Shown here piece after piece: positions 43,755-53,207 of a DNA stretch of 64,000 bases. The translations under genes and the position numbers were made by a program. The stretch is from positions 1,360,290 through 1,424,289 of the forward strand of contig OZ241991.1 of NCBI GenBank assembly GCA_965204095.1, given 5' to 3'. The notes beneath the pieces are model-generated. The model ran no database searches, was not told where the DNA came from, and saw only the letters and a program-made list of their open reading frames with translations. Each line of letters begins with the position of its first letter. The first letter of the stretch is position 1. This stretch comes from Bryobacterales bacterium. GTDB taxonomy: Bacteria; Acidobacteriota; Terriglobia; Bryobacterales; UBA6623.

Positions 43755-46721
43755 TTATCGATAGGTCACCCAGATAGGGCTCGACCAAGCCAACTCGCCA
43801 TCTTCCTGCTCGACTCGAACGTAGTACCAGTGCTCACCTGAGCCAGCATCATTGTCGACGTATTCGAACTCTACCTCTTGCTTACCGGGCTTGACCTGGT
43901 AAATGTAGGCTGCATCGCGAATGAGATGCACCGCTGACACCTCACCGGTGCCTCGCACTCGGACGTGGATCGGCTGCCTGCCGCTAGTGGTGAAGTCTTC
44001 GCCCATGAAGTGATCGCCGACGCGGAAGTCGAGGATGATATTGTCCGTCGCTCCGTACGTGCGGCGCTGACGGATGGCGTCGTGGATGCTTTCTCGGCTG
44101 GTATCGGGCGTATAAACCATGGCGTAAGAGATATGCGTCGAATAGTGGTCTGAGCTGGCAATGGTTCCGATACGATAGCCCTTCTTCCAGGCGTTCCACA
44201 CCATACCCGGTTCCTGAAAACCACGCGGTGCTTCGCCCCCGCGGCGGTCCATGAAGCCGCGCGGGGCGTTCCTGTGCTCATAGTTTTTCCGGGCGCCCTG
44301 ATAGATTTCGACCACCACGTCGACCTCGGGATCGTTGTCGGTCCAGTCAGTTCCCATACCGCTGGTGCCTGACGTGTGCGGAATGGCCAGGCCGTTGGTC
44401 TTTTTCACCACGTCGTAGAGCAGCTTCGTGTCATTGCGGATGCCGCTGCCGAAACTCATGCTGTTGAACGTCAGCAACTCGCCATCAGGGCTGTCGGGCA
44501 ACATGAAACGCGGGTCGATTCTCTGGAAGAATGGCACGATAGGATATTCGCGGTGCGTGTAGACCATGTTGCGATGGCCCAAAGGATTTCCGAGGTTTCT
44601 CTCGTAGCCATACAAGGTCGAGAAACGTTCCGGGAAATGGTACATGTCGGCCATCTTCTGAGTGATGAAGTTCCAATAATCGGTGCCGCCGGCCTGATGG
44701 TCGGTGGAGGCCCCGAAATCCATCTCGGCGGCGTCGATCATGTAGCGATAGAACTCGGGCAGCGTACCGTCATCCATGCCGCCTACGTCTTGTGACAACT
44801 CCGTGTGGCGGTGAAGGTCGCCCCGCACGATCCGCAGAGTTTCGCCGCCGAGCCCGATCCGATAGTTGCGGATCGCACGCACGTCTTCTCGCTCGTTCGG
44901 ATGCACTTCGAGTGAGGATGAAGGCGCCGGGCGGTAGAGGCTCAGAAGAGGCTTGCCCCCCGGACCGGGCAAGGTGATCGATCCTGCAATGACGCGATTC
45001 AGAAGCGGCCGGCTCGCAAACGCCCAATTGCGGTTCTCGTACGGCCAAAACATCCACAGCCGCCCATCGGCAGAAGCCAGACCCATGCGTGTGCTTTTTC
45101 GGGCCCAACTGTCGGGCAGCACGATCGGATCGGACCACCGATCGCTTGCGAGACGCGAGATCGCATACTCCCAGTAGATGCTGGGGCGATAGGCCATGCG
45201 GCTATAGCGCCGCTTAAAAGACATCCAGAGATTTCCATCCGGGTCGAAGTGGAGTAGTGGCCGGCTCTCGCCGGTCGCGCCCAGGGCCAGAGGGTCGTTG
45301 GGCTCGAACGTCGCCGGCGACTTCCAAACATTGTTATCAAGACATACGACCTCGATGCGCCGTGTTTCGCCTAGCGGCGTGCCGGGAGCACTGTCGCCGA
45401 GCGCCGCGCCAAGGTCCTTGCCCCAGTTGACTCCGCTGGTCTCCCAAGCAACCCACGGACGACCCATGTCATCGACCGCCACGCTGGTGTGCGCCTCGAA
45501 GCGTTCATTCGTTGTCACCTGCCTCTCTGCACCGAGCCCATCGGCGAGCGAGAAACGACGCAGATGGATATCGTAGTTGCCGTTGTAGCGGTCCCACGCG
45601 ATCCAGACGGCTCCGCCGCCCGCGGCTACCGACGGCTCCCAGTTGTTCGCGTCGCTGTTGGTAACCGAGAGAGCCTCTGACCAGCGACCGCCTTGCAGAT
45701 ATTTCAGCTTGACCTGAGAGTAACGGCCTTCCAGGGCCTGCCACACGACGTAGATGGCACCGTCGGATCCTCGCGCGATGTGCGGCTCGATATCAGGCAG
45801 GGGATTGTCGGTCAAGCGATGTAGCTCACCCCATTCGTTGTCCTCCCAAGCCATGGCGTAGATATCCCAGTTGCCGTGGCCGCCGTCGGCCAACTGTTGC
45901 GACCAGATCAGCCACGGTCTGCCGCCACTGTCAGTCGCAATCTGGGGACGCCACAAATCTTCCGCGGCGCGGCCGACAGGAATGAGCCGCGTCCATTTTC
46001 CATCCTGGCAGCGCCTTAGGTTGAGCTCTTCGCGGCGGTCGTGATAGCTATACCAAGTCGTCCACAGGGTTCCGTCTTCCGCAGCGGCGATCGCAGGCGA
46101 ATCATGCTGCCTCAACTCGGTGCCCGACAAGTCGGTCACCGGCGGAATGCGCGCGACCGTGGCGCGTCCATCGAGCTGCTCCTGCCAAACACCGAATTCC
46201 ATCGCCATCGGAGCAAAGCTGAACTTGCCCTGCTCCGTACTAACTGCCACACGGGTGCCTGAAGTTCCCTTGCCTCGAACCAGTAACCCTTTCGGAAGCA
46301 CAGCTTGTCTCACCGCGGGCCTGCCGCGCCCCGCCAATGAAGAGCCTTCGAGAATCCTGACCCTTTGGGTCCGAAGTGTCCATCCACCCTGAGGAAGCAC
46401 GCGATCCGGAGGCTCGAAACGGTATCCCTCGATGTCGAAGACTTCCCCGCCTTGCAGCGACAGGTTGCCATTCCAGGAAACAGGCTGCCTTGCACCGACT
46501 CCCAAAAGGATCAGCACTTGCCACAGATCCTGTTCCGGCGTCCCCCCGGGGTGCCAGGAAAAACGAGCCTGGTGGTCGAGGTCTTCCGTGGCGCGTTCCG
46601 TGAGGACATCCCGGCCACCGGCTTGCTGGGCAATCACTGCCGTTGGGACCCAGACGTTGAAACAGACGCCCAGCAGTGCCAAGAAACTCAACGGCGACAA
46701 AGGAAGAGCAAGCTTTTTCAT
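43755..46721 (-). CDS. large secreted protein: W-rich beta-propeller-like repeats plus a C-terminal PHP/DUF3604-like metal-dependent hydrolase region
   Basis: Re-set start MKKLALPLSPLSFLALLGVCF (46721). Repeats of the ...G..W(I/V)(A/V)W... type. C-terminal GDLHRHTELS...ASTDHQ...IPHTSG...SSDH His/Asp clusters. The function is only suggested. Confidence 0.7.
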   Translation of the reverse strand: MKKLALPLSPLSFLALLGVCFNVWVPTAVIAQQAGGRDVLTERATEDLDHQARFSWHPGGTPEQDLWQVLILLGVGARQPVSWNGNLSLQGGEVFDIEGYRFEPPDRVLPQGGWTLRTQRVRILEGSSLAGRGRPAVRQAVLPKGLLVRGKGTSGTRVAVSTEQGKFSFAPMAMEFGVWQEQLDGRATVARIPPVTDLSGTELRQHDSPAIAAAEDGTLWTTWYSYHDRREELNLRRCQDGKWTRLIPVGRAAEDLWRPQIATDSGGRPWLIWSQQLADGGHGNWDIYAMAWEDNEWGELHRLTDNPLPDIEPHIARGSDGAIYVVWQALEGRYSQVKLKYLQGGRWSEALSVTNSDANNWEPSVAAGGGAVWIAWDRYNGNYDIHLRRFSLADGLGAERQVTTNERFEAHTSVAVDDMGRPWVAWETSGVNWGKDLGAALGDSAPGTPLGETRRIEVVCLDNNVWKSPATFEPNDPLALGATGESRPLLHFDPDGNLWMSFKRRYSRMAYRPSIYWEYAISRLASDRWSDPIVLPDSWARKSTRMGLASADGRLWMFWPYENRNWAFASRPLLNRVIAGSITLPGPGGKPLLSLYRPAPSSSLEVHPNEREDVRAIRNYRIGLGGETLRIVRGDLHRHTELSQDVGGMDDGTLPEFYRYMIDAAEMDFGASTDHQAGGTDYWNFITQKMADMYHFPERFSTLYGYERNLGNPLGHRNMVYTHREYPIVPFFQRIDPRFMLPDSPDGELLTFNSMSFGSGIRNDTKLLYDVVKKTNGLAIPHTSGTSGMGTDWTDNDPEVDVVVEIYQGARKNYEHRNAPRGFMDRRGGEAPRGFQEPGMVWNAWKKGYRIGTIASSDHYSTHISYAMVYTPDTSRESIHDAIRQRRTYGATDNIILDFRVGDHFMGEDFTTSGRQPIHVRVRGTGEVSAVHLIRDAAYIYQVKPGKQEVEFEYVDNDAGSGEHWYYVRVEQEDGELAWSSPIWVTYR

Positions 46722-47326
46722 TCTCGACCAGGACTTCCATTCTCGTCTTGGCACGGCGCCAGTGTACACTCGCGCTGCTCCGAATGCTATTTCTGTTCGC
46801 GCTGAATCCTTCACGTCATCTCCACGGGTATGTGCCCGGGCTCTTCTATCCATTCTCAGACGTTGATTGGGCTGAATGAACAGCGGCCAGTGCCAAGTCC
46901 AGGTGTTTGGCAATGGCCGGGCTTTACACAGTAAGAATCATCCGCAGGAACGGCACGGGTCAGGTGAGGCGAGTTTCGAGGAGCAGTATGGCTATTCCGG
47001 CGACGGCAGCGGTCAAACCCGAACTGATTTTCCAGGGTTGCTTCTTCACCAAACATGAGGCAGGAAGCGCTCGGCTTGGCTTTGGACCCGGTCGGGAATC
47101 TCTCATTTACCGGCTTCATTGCAAAATTCGACCGGTGGAGTTGGGTCGATTCCGAAAATCGCCGTCGGACGAAGGTCAGAGCATTCCACCGACCCGAGCC
47201 ACTTCAGACGGCGGCGTCTTCACGACCTTCGGCGGCGCCTTTGCGGAGAAAGGAATGTTCGCCCCGATGACGGCCGAGGGCTTCGTTGACAGGCGATTCT
47301 TCCCGAGGGAGCTTTTTGACCGGTCT

Positions 47327-48286
47327 TCATGCCCCCTGGCGGACATTCACCCACGTATGAACATGGGGCGCTCCCCGAAAGTACCAGAGCATCGTCGGGC
47401 TCTCCAACTGCCAGACGTCCCAAACTCCATCGCTGCCGATATCCATGTTCTTGTAGAAGGACATCGACAGAGCCGGAATGCCTCCCGCGTCGCGGATCAG
47501 TTTCATGACCTCTTCGCGGTCTTCTTTGCGGAACGGCAAGATTAAATCGTCGAGCACGGCCTCGACAAGGCCCTTTTGGTCTGGTGAGAGCTCGCTCAGC
47601 GGAATGCCCGGAACCTCGCCCCGCTTGTTGAGCGCGATGGTCGCGGTGGATTGCTCCGGCCTGGGGTCGCCCAGCAGAGCCATCTGTCTCTGTTTCCCAT
47701 CGAGAGCCTGGTAGACCTCATTGGCTCGCTTGGCCTGATACCAATAGACATTGTCGGGGTGATGGGGCTGCTCATTGAAACTGTTCGCGGCGTGTCCGTA
47801 CAAGATCGGCCCCCCGAACGCCGCTCCTTCGACCGAGTCACCATCACAACGGGCCGTACAGTGACGCCCGGTGAGGACGAACTCGAACTGCCCGGTGCCC
47901 GGCTCTCCGAACAGCGCGATCGAGTAATTCTTCAGGCCTCCGGCATCCTCCTGGATGTGATACTCGACCTTGTCGTAGAAGTCGGGGTTGTGCAGTCCTC
48001 GGAAGATGTCCTGAATCATCGCCTGCTGGTCGGCCGAATAAAAGTCGCCGATGCGATGCGGAGTGATGTGCCAGTTGTTGTCGATTTTGGAGCGCAGAGG
48101 GTGCTCGAAGGGAAACGTCACCTTGCTCCTCTGTTCCGCAGACAAGCTGTCGTAGAGCTGCGAGACGATGGTTTCCGATGATGAGGATGATGCCCCCTCA
48201 GCACCGGTCGCCAGCGCCAACGCGCCAAGTCCCGTGGTCTGTACGAATTGTCGGCGGTTCATACGCCCGGATTGATCGTTAGGCAT
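47327..48286 (-). CDS. TAT-exported hypothetical protein (DUF3500-like?)
   Basis: MPNDQSGRMNRRQFVQTTGLGALALATGAEG is a twin-arginine signal. AAGGGAGGG SD. The track start (48475) lies inside MITE copy 9. The family name is a weak recollection. Confidence 0.75.
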   Translation of the reverse strand: MPNDQSGRMNRRQFVQTTGLGALALATGAEGASSSSSETIVSQLYDSLSAEQRSKVTFPFEHPLRSKIDNNWHITPHRIGDFYSADQQAMIQDIFRGLHNPDFYDKVEYHIQEDAGGLKNYSIALFGEPGTGQFEFVLTGRHCTARCDGDSVEGAAFGGPILYGHAANSFNEQPHHPDNVYWYQAKRANEVYQALDGKQRQMALLGDPRPEQSTATIALNKRGEVPGIPLSELSPDQKGLVEAVLDDLILPFRKEDREEVMKLIRDAGGIPALSMSFYKNMDIGSDGVWDVWQLESPTMLWYFRGAPHVHTWVNVRQGA

Positions 48287-48305
48287 GGCGCCCTCCCTTG
48301 ACTCG

Positions 48306-48505
48306 CCTGCATTTCTCACCACATGACGGCCGAAGCACGCGATACGACCGCCATGACTTCGTTGCGCTTGCTTGCCGTGCTCAACGTACTGTTCAAGTAC
48401 GCCTGCGCGCGCCAAGCGGCTCGCGCCTTTTCCTCCGCCCGGCTTGCGCCTAGTCCTGACGGCCCTCGCACGCACTTCGCCTCGCCACGTGGTGAGAAAT
48501 GCAGG
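48306..48505 (-). mobile_element. MITE copy 9 (subfamily B, 200 bp)
   Basis: Flanks CTCG (48302-48305) / CTAG (48506-48509). It fills most of the divergent intergenic region between 48286 and 48655. Confidence 0.9.
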
Positions 48506-48654
48506 CTAGACGCTTTATCGCACGAACGTCATGCCGCGTCAAGCTCATGCTGACGATTCGGGGACCCTTCAACTTTTTTGATCCTCGGCGGGGGGAGGGG
48601 GAACGTCTCGGATCTCGGATCGATCGAGAGGCTCAACGAAAACTATCGCTTACA

Positions 48655-49572
48655 ATGGGCGTTGCATCGAATATGCCCTTGGTGATCAACGGAGAGCGTA
48701 TCGAAGAAGACGAGATCGCCCGCGAGGCTCAATCCCTGCAGCGGAGCTTCGAGCAGATGCCGCCGGAAGTCCGCGAGACCCGAGGGCTCGATGCGGCACA
48801 GTTCGAACGGAACCTGTGGGACTGGTCGAAAGAGAATGTCATCGAGCGGGTCCTTCTGAGTCAGGAAGCCGACAAGGACACGGAGCCGGTTCCGCCCGAG
48901 GAGATCGACGAGGTTCTGGAGCAGATCAAGAAACGCCACGGAGGCAGCGAGCAGTTCAGCCTGAGCCGCGATGAGAATGAAATCCGACAGGACATCGAAA
49001 CACGGGTGCGACTTGACCGCTTGATCGGCAAGGTCACGAAAAACGTGAAGCCGCCCAGGAACAAGGAAGTGGCCGACTTCTACCGCAAGAACAGGAACGA
49101 CTTCGCCTTGCCCGAGCAGGTGCGAGCAGCCCACATCGTCAAGAACGTCGATGACAAAACCGACGAGGCGACGGCGCGCGAGGCGATCCGCAAGGCCGAG
49201 GAAGAGATCGAGCGGGGCATCCCTTTCGAGGAGGTCGCCGACCGTCACTCGGACTGTCCCGGCAACGGCGGCGACCTGGGCTACTTCACCCGTGGCCAAA
49301 TGGTGGACGAGTTCGACGAAGTGGTCTTCAACATGGAGCCCGGCAACCGCAGCACCGTCTTCCGTACCCCGTTCGGATTCCACATCGCCAAGCTGCATGA
49401 CAAGAAACCCGCGCAGATGCGCAACTTGCAAGAAGCCGGAGACGACATCAGGGAAGAACTGCTGCGCCGCAAGCGGACGAAAGCCGTGGAGGATTTTGTC
49501 GATCGCCTCAAGGCCCGGGCGGCCATTCAGGAGATTGTCACCGCGGAGGCGACCAACTTCGCGATCAAATGA
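48655..49572 (+). CDS. parvulin-type peptidyl-prolyl cis-trans isomerase (SurA/PpiD-like)
   Basis: ...VRAAHIVKNV...DCPGNGGDLGYFTRGQMVDEFDEVVFNMEPG..FRTPFGFHIAKL is a rotamase domain. The track start (48499) lies in the MITE, so I re-set it to 48655. Confidence 0.85.
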   Translation: MGVASNMPLVINGERIEEDEIAREAQSLQRSFEQMPPEVRETRGLDAAQFERNLWDWSKENVIERVLLSQEADKDTEPVPPEEIDEVLEQIKKRHGGSEQFSLSRDENEIRQDIETRVRLDRLIGKVTKNVKPPRNKEVADFYRKNRNDFALPEQVRAAHIVKNVDDKTDEATAREAIRKAEEEIERGIPFEEVADRHSDCPGNGGDLGYFTRGQMVDEFDEVVFNMEPGNRSTVFRTPFGFHIAKLHDKKPAQMRNLQEAGDDIREELLRRKRTKAVEDFVDRLKARAAIQEIVTAEATNFAIK

Positions 49573-50564
49573 TGAGCAGCCGATTGCCGATTCACCCGCG
49601 GACCAGCGAGCCGGCCCCGTGTTGCGTGCCGAGTAAGGAACGCGCCGAGCGGCTGGACGAATCACGCTATCTGACCGAGAGGCGCCCACGGGTCACGAAG
49701 GGTTCGACCGAGGACATGGTCAAGCTCGAAAGCGCCTGCTTTCAGATGGGCACGGAAACCGAGGACGGGTTCCCGGCCGACGGGGAAGGGCCGATCCGCG
49801 AGGTCACTCTCGACGGTTTCTGGATCGACAAGTACCCGGTGACGAACGAGCAGTTCAAGGAGTTCGCTGAAGCGGCCTCGTACAAAACGGAAGCGGAGCG
49901 CTTCGGATGGTCTTTCGTGTTCCACAACCAGTTACCGCGCGACCGCTACGGAGAACTTGTCGACGACACGGTCGCCGGTCATGAGTGGTGGTGCAAGGTG
50001 AACGGAGCGGATTGGGCGCATCCCGAGGGACCGGACTCGAACATCGACGGGCGTCCGCACCATCCCGTGACGCACATCTCCTGGAACGACGCGCTCGCTT
50101 ATTCCAATTGGGTGGGCAAGCGCCTGCCAACCGAGGCCGAGTGGGAAGCGGCGGCGCGCGGCGGCATGGAGCAGAAGATCTATGCTTGGGGTGATGAACT
50201 CACGCCCGACGGCAAGCATATGTGCAACATCTGGCAGGGAGAGTTCCCCGTCAAAGACATCGCTGAAGACGGGTACGCCGGCCCTTGTCCGGTAGACGCC
50301 TTCCCCGCCAACGGGTTGGGCCTCTACTCGGTGGCCGGCAACGTCTGGGAGTGGTGTCAGGACTGGTTTCACCCCAGCTATCACATCTTCGCAACGACAT
50401 CAAATCCCGTAGGGCCTGCGAGCGGCTCGTCTCGTGTGATGCGAGGCGGATCGTTTTTGTGCCACCAATCGTATTGCAATCGCTACCGCGTGGCCGCACG
50501 CACGTCGAACACGCCGGACAGCTCCACCATCAACCTCGGATTTCGCGGCGTCCGCGACCTTTGA
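49569..50564 (+). CDS. formylglycine-generating enzyme family protein (SUMF1/FGE)
   Basis: FWIDKYPVTNEQFKEF...HPVTHISWNDALAYSNWVGKRLPTEAEWE...RVMRGGSFLC...YRVAARTSNTPDSSTINLGFR. ATGA overlap with the upstream PPIase gene. Confidence 0.9.
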   Translation: MMSSRLPIHPRTSEPAPCCVPSKERAERLDESRYLTERRPRVTKGSTEDMVKLESACFQMGTETEDGFPADGEGPIREVTLDGFWIDKYPVTNEQFKEFAEAASYKTEAERFGWSFVFHNQLPRDRYGELVDDTVAGHEWWCKVNGADWAHPEGPDSNIDGRPHHPVTHISWNDALAYSNWVGKRLPTEAEWEAAARGGMEQKIYAWGDELTPDGKHMCNIWQGEFPVKDIAEDGYAGPCPVDAFPANGLGLYSVAGNVWEWCQDWFHPSYHIFATTSNPVGPASGSSRVMRGGSFLCHQSYCNRYRVAARTSNTPDSSTINLGFRGVRDL

Positions 50565-50697
50565 GATGGCTGCAACGCCGGGTGCTTGTTCTCGGCTTTC
50601 TTCCGATCAGCTCTCGAAAACCCTTTTCATCATCCGTGAAGATATTCCCGCGCCAATCTGACGCTCGCGCTTGACCCTTCGTGAGCGGACACGCAAC

Positions 50698-53145
50698 ATG
50701 AAATTGGGCATGGGACGGTTCCTCATTCTCCTGTTGACGCTCGGCGCATTTCCGAGCGCCTCTCTCAGCGAAACTGCGGCCGAGCAACTGCAAGCCATCC
50801 AGAATCTCGGTCTCGATCCGCAACAGTGCTTTCGCGTTCGCGATGTCTTTCTCGAACGCGAAGACGTAAAGCTCTATTTCGTCGACGGCTACCTGATCTT
50901 TGCCGAGCCTCTGAGGGGACGCACATCCGCCGCTCTCTTCGTGGCTCTCGAACCGACGGACAAAGGCGAGGTCTTGCTCATACCGCCGAATGCGCGCGAG
51001 CGGCAATCGTTGGTCCGCTTCACTTCCGAGCCGGCACTGCATCAAAGATTTCGGACGGCGATGATGTTTTTCACCGATGACAGTGCAGCAGTACTCCGCG
51101 CTTCCATAGAGGAAAGCGAGGGGTCGCGGCTCGACACGAAAGCGGGAGCGGACCTGGCCCGCAAGTGGTCGTACCCGATGCACAACGTGCTGGAGGGCCT
51201 GTCGCTGCGTATTCTCTTCGACACATTCTCGAACCTTCCTCTCAACGAAGGTTTTTTCGCCGCAGCCATCGGAGGTGGACCGGCTGGACGTTTCGACGTT
51301 GTGGTCGACCCGCGAAACCAAGACCAGGTGACGATGGGACAGACGGTTTGGCGCGATGGGCAGCGCTTCTACGAAATATGGTCAAGATTTGCGGGACGAC
51401 GTTTTCGGTCGGGCCAGCGGAAGCCGATTCCGCAACGTGGTCATCTCGAAAACTTCCGCATCGAAGCTCGTCTAGGAGCTGACCTCGAGATGCAGGTCTC
51501 CGCGAGCGCCGATTTTCTTGCCCAGGGCTCAACTCAGCGAATCGTCGCGTTCGAGCTTTCCGAGCGACTCCGTCTGCAGAAAGTACTGATTGACGACATC
51601 GAGGCGGAATTCATTCAGTTCAGCGAGCCGAACTCGAGCAGCGTCAACCGCCGCCAAAACGATCTGATCGCGATTGTGCTGCCCGGCTCTGCCGAAAGCG
51701 AAACGAGGCGCCGCATCGAGTTCCACTACGCGGGCAAGGTGGTGAGTGACGCGGACAACGGGGTTTACTACGTCGGGAGCCGAGGCTCCTGGTATCCACG
51801 GCGGGACAATCCTTTTACTCATTTCGAGTTGGTATTCCACTATCCGGATCAACTCGACCTCGTAGCGACCGGGGATCTGGTGGACACTACGACGTCCGAC
51901 GGGGTGCGGACGTCGGTTTTCCAGACCATCTCTCCGATCAAACTGGCCGGGTTCAACCTCGGGACGTACGCCCGCGCGCACCACGATATCGGCGATTACC
52001 GAGTGGAAGTCTGCGCCAACAAGAAGGTAGAGGAGAATCTACGGCCGAAGACGAGGCTGCCGATCATCTGGTCTCCTCCCCCAGCGAGCTCTCGCGGCGC
52101 ATCGCGCAGAGGAACACAAGGCGCTCTGCCAACGATCGTCGCTCCCGCGACGCCCGAGGGAATGCCCAGCCTCGTATCGCGCCTGGAACACGTGGCTTCC
52201 GACAGCGCAGAAGCGTTCTCTTTCTTTCTCGATCGCTTCGGGCCGCCGGCCTCGTCGAAGATCGTCATCTCACCCATCCCGGGAAGCATCGGACAAGGGT
52301 TCCCCGGACTGGTCTATGCCTCGACGCTGAGCTATTTTCGCCCATCAGATCCGCCGTTGGCGCGCCGTTCTCAGGACGAGCAGCTCTTCTATTCCGAACT
52401 GCTGCGCAGCCATGAGATCTCTCACCAGTGGTGGGGCAATGTCGTCGCACACCAGGCTGAGCAGGACAAATGGCTCATGGAAGCACTGGCGACCTATTCT
52501 TCTCTGCTCCTTCTCGAAAAACGGCGCGGGCGGGAAGCACTCGACCGCGTGCTGGCGACGTTCAAAACAAACCTGCTGTCGCGCGACGCCGATGGAGAGA
52601 CAATCGAGAACACGGGCGCCATCGTGCTCGGTGACCGCCTGCGGTCGTCACGAGCCCCCGAGGCCATGCGCATCATTGTTTACGAGAAAGGCGCCTGGAT
52701 CATGCATATGCTGCGCGGGGTTATGGGCGACTCCAACTTTTTCGCCTTCCTGCGATCGCTCTGCGAACAGTATCGGTTCCAACCGATCGACACCAATGGC
52801 TTCCGAACTCTGGCCGCGCAGTTTCTTCCGAAGGATAGCCCTGATCGCGATCTTCAAGACTTCTTTGACCAGTGGGTATACAGCACCGGTATCCCCACCT
52901 TCCATGTGGATTTCGAGACGAAAAGCGCCGGAAGGAAGTTTCACGTGACGGGACGGCTGCGTCAAGAAGCCATTTCCGATTCTTCCAGCCTGATCGTGGC
53001 GCTTCAGGCACATTCGGCCGAAGGTCCGGGAGATGAGCGCCTGGTTTTTACGGAAGGCGCGGTTACGGAGTTCGAGTTCACGACTTCGAAGAAACCCACC
53101 GAGATCAGGATCGACCCTCGAAGATTTATCTTGATGAACCGGTAG
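50698..53145 (+). CDS. M1-family (gluzincin) aminopeptidase, secreted
   Basis: HEISHQWWGN...x18...E (HExxH-E) motif. Signal peptide MKLGMGRFLILLLTLGAFPSASLS. Confidence 0.85.
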   Translation: MKLGMGRFLILLLTLGAFPSASLSETAAEQLQAIQNLGLDPQQCFRVRDVFLEREDVKLYFVDGYLIFAEPLRGRTSAALFVALEPTDKGEVLLIPPNARERQSLVRFTSEPALHQRFRTAMMFFTDDSAAVLRASIEESEGSRLDTKAGADLARKWSYPMHNVLEGLSLRILFDTFSNLPLNEGFFAAAIGGGPAGRFDVVVDPRNQDQVTMGQTVWRDGQRFYEIWSRFAGRRFRSGQRKPIPQRGHLENFRIEARLGADLEMQVSASADFLAQGSTQRIVAFELSERLRLQKVLIDDIEAEFIQFSEPNSSSVNRRQNDLIAIVLPGSAESETRRRIEFHYAGKVVSDADNGVYYVGSRGSWYPRRDNPFTHFELVFHYPDQLDLVATGDLVDTTTSDGVRTSVFQTISPIKLAGFNLGTYARAHHDIGDYRVEVCANKKVEENLRPKTRLPIIWSPPPASSRGASRRGTQGALPTIVAPATPEGMPSLVSRLEHVASDSAEAFSFFLDRFGPPASSKIVISPIPGSIGQGFPGLVYASTLSYFRPSDPPLARRSQDEQLFYSELLRSHEISHQWWGNVVAHQAEQDKWLMEALATYSSLLLLEKRRGREALDRVLATFKTNLLSRDADGETIENTGAIVLGDRLRSSRAPEAMRIIVYEKGAWIMHMLRGVMGDSNFFAFLRSLCEQYRFQPIDTNGFRTLAAQFLPKDSPDRDLQDFFDQWVYSTGIPTFHVDFETKSAGRKFHVTGRLRQEAISDSSSLIVALQAHSAEGPGDERLVFTEGAVTEFEFTTSKKPTEIRIDPRRFILMNR

Positions 53146-53207
53146 TGCGCCGCGTATGGCGCGGGGACGGCTGATTCATCCACCCTTTCAGGGAGAAACA
53201 GCTCTTC

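Noticed and set aside
46761-46770. A 10-bp perfect palindrome AGTGTACACT ~45 nt upstream of the 43755-46721 gene, as a possible operator.
   Set aside because: It is a single short palindrome with no second half-site or repeat and no linked regulator gene. It cannot be distinguished from chance.
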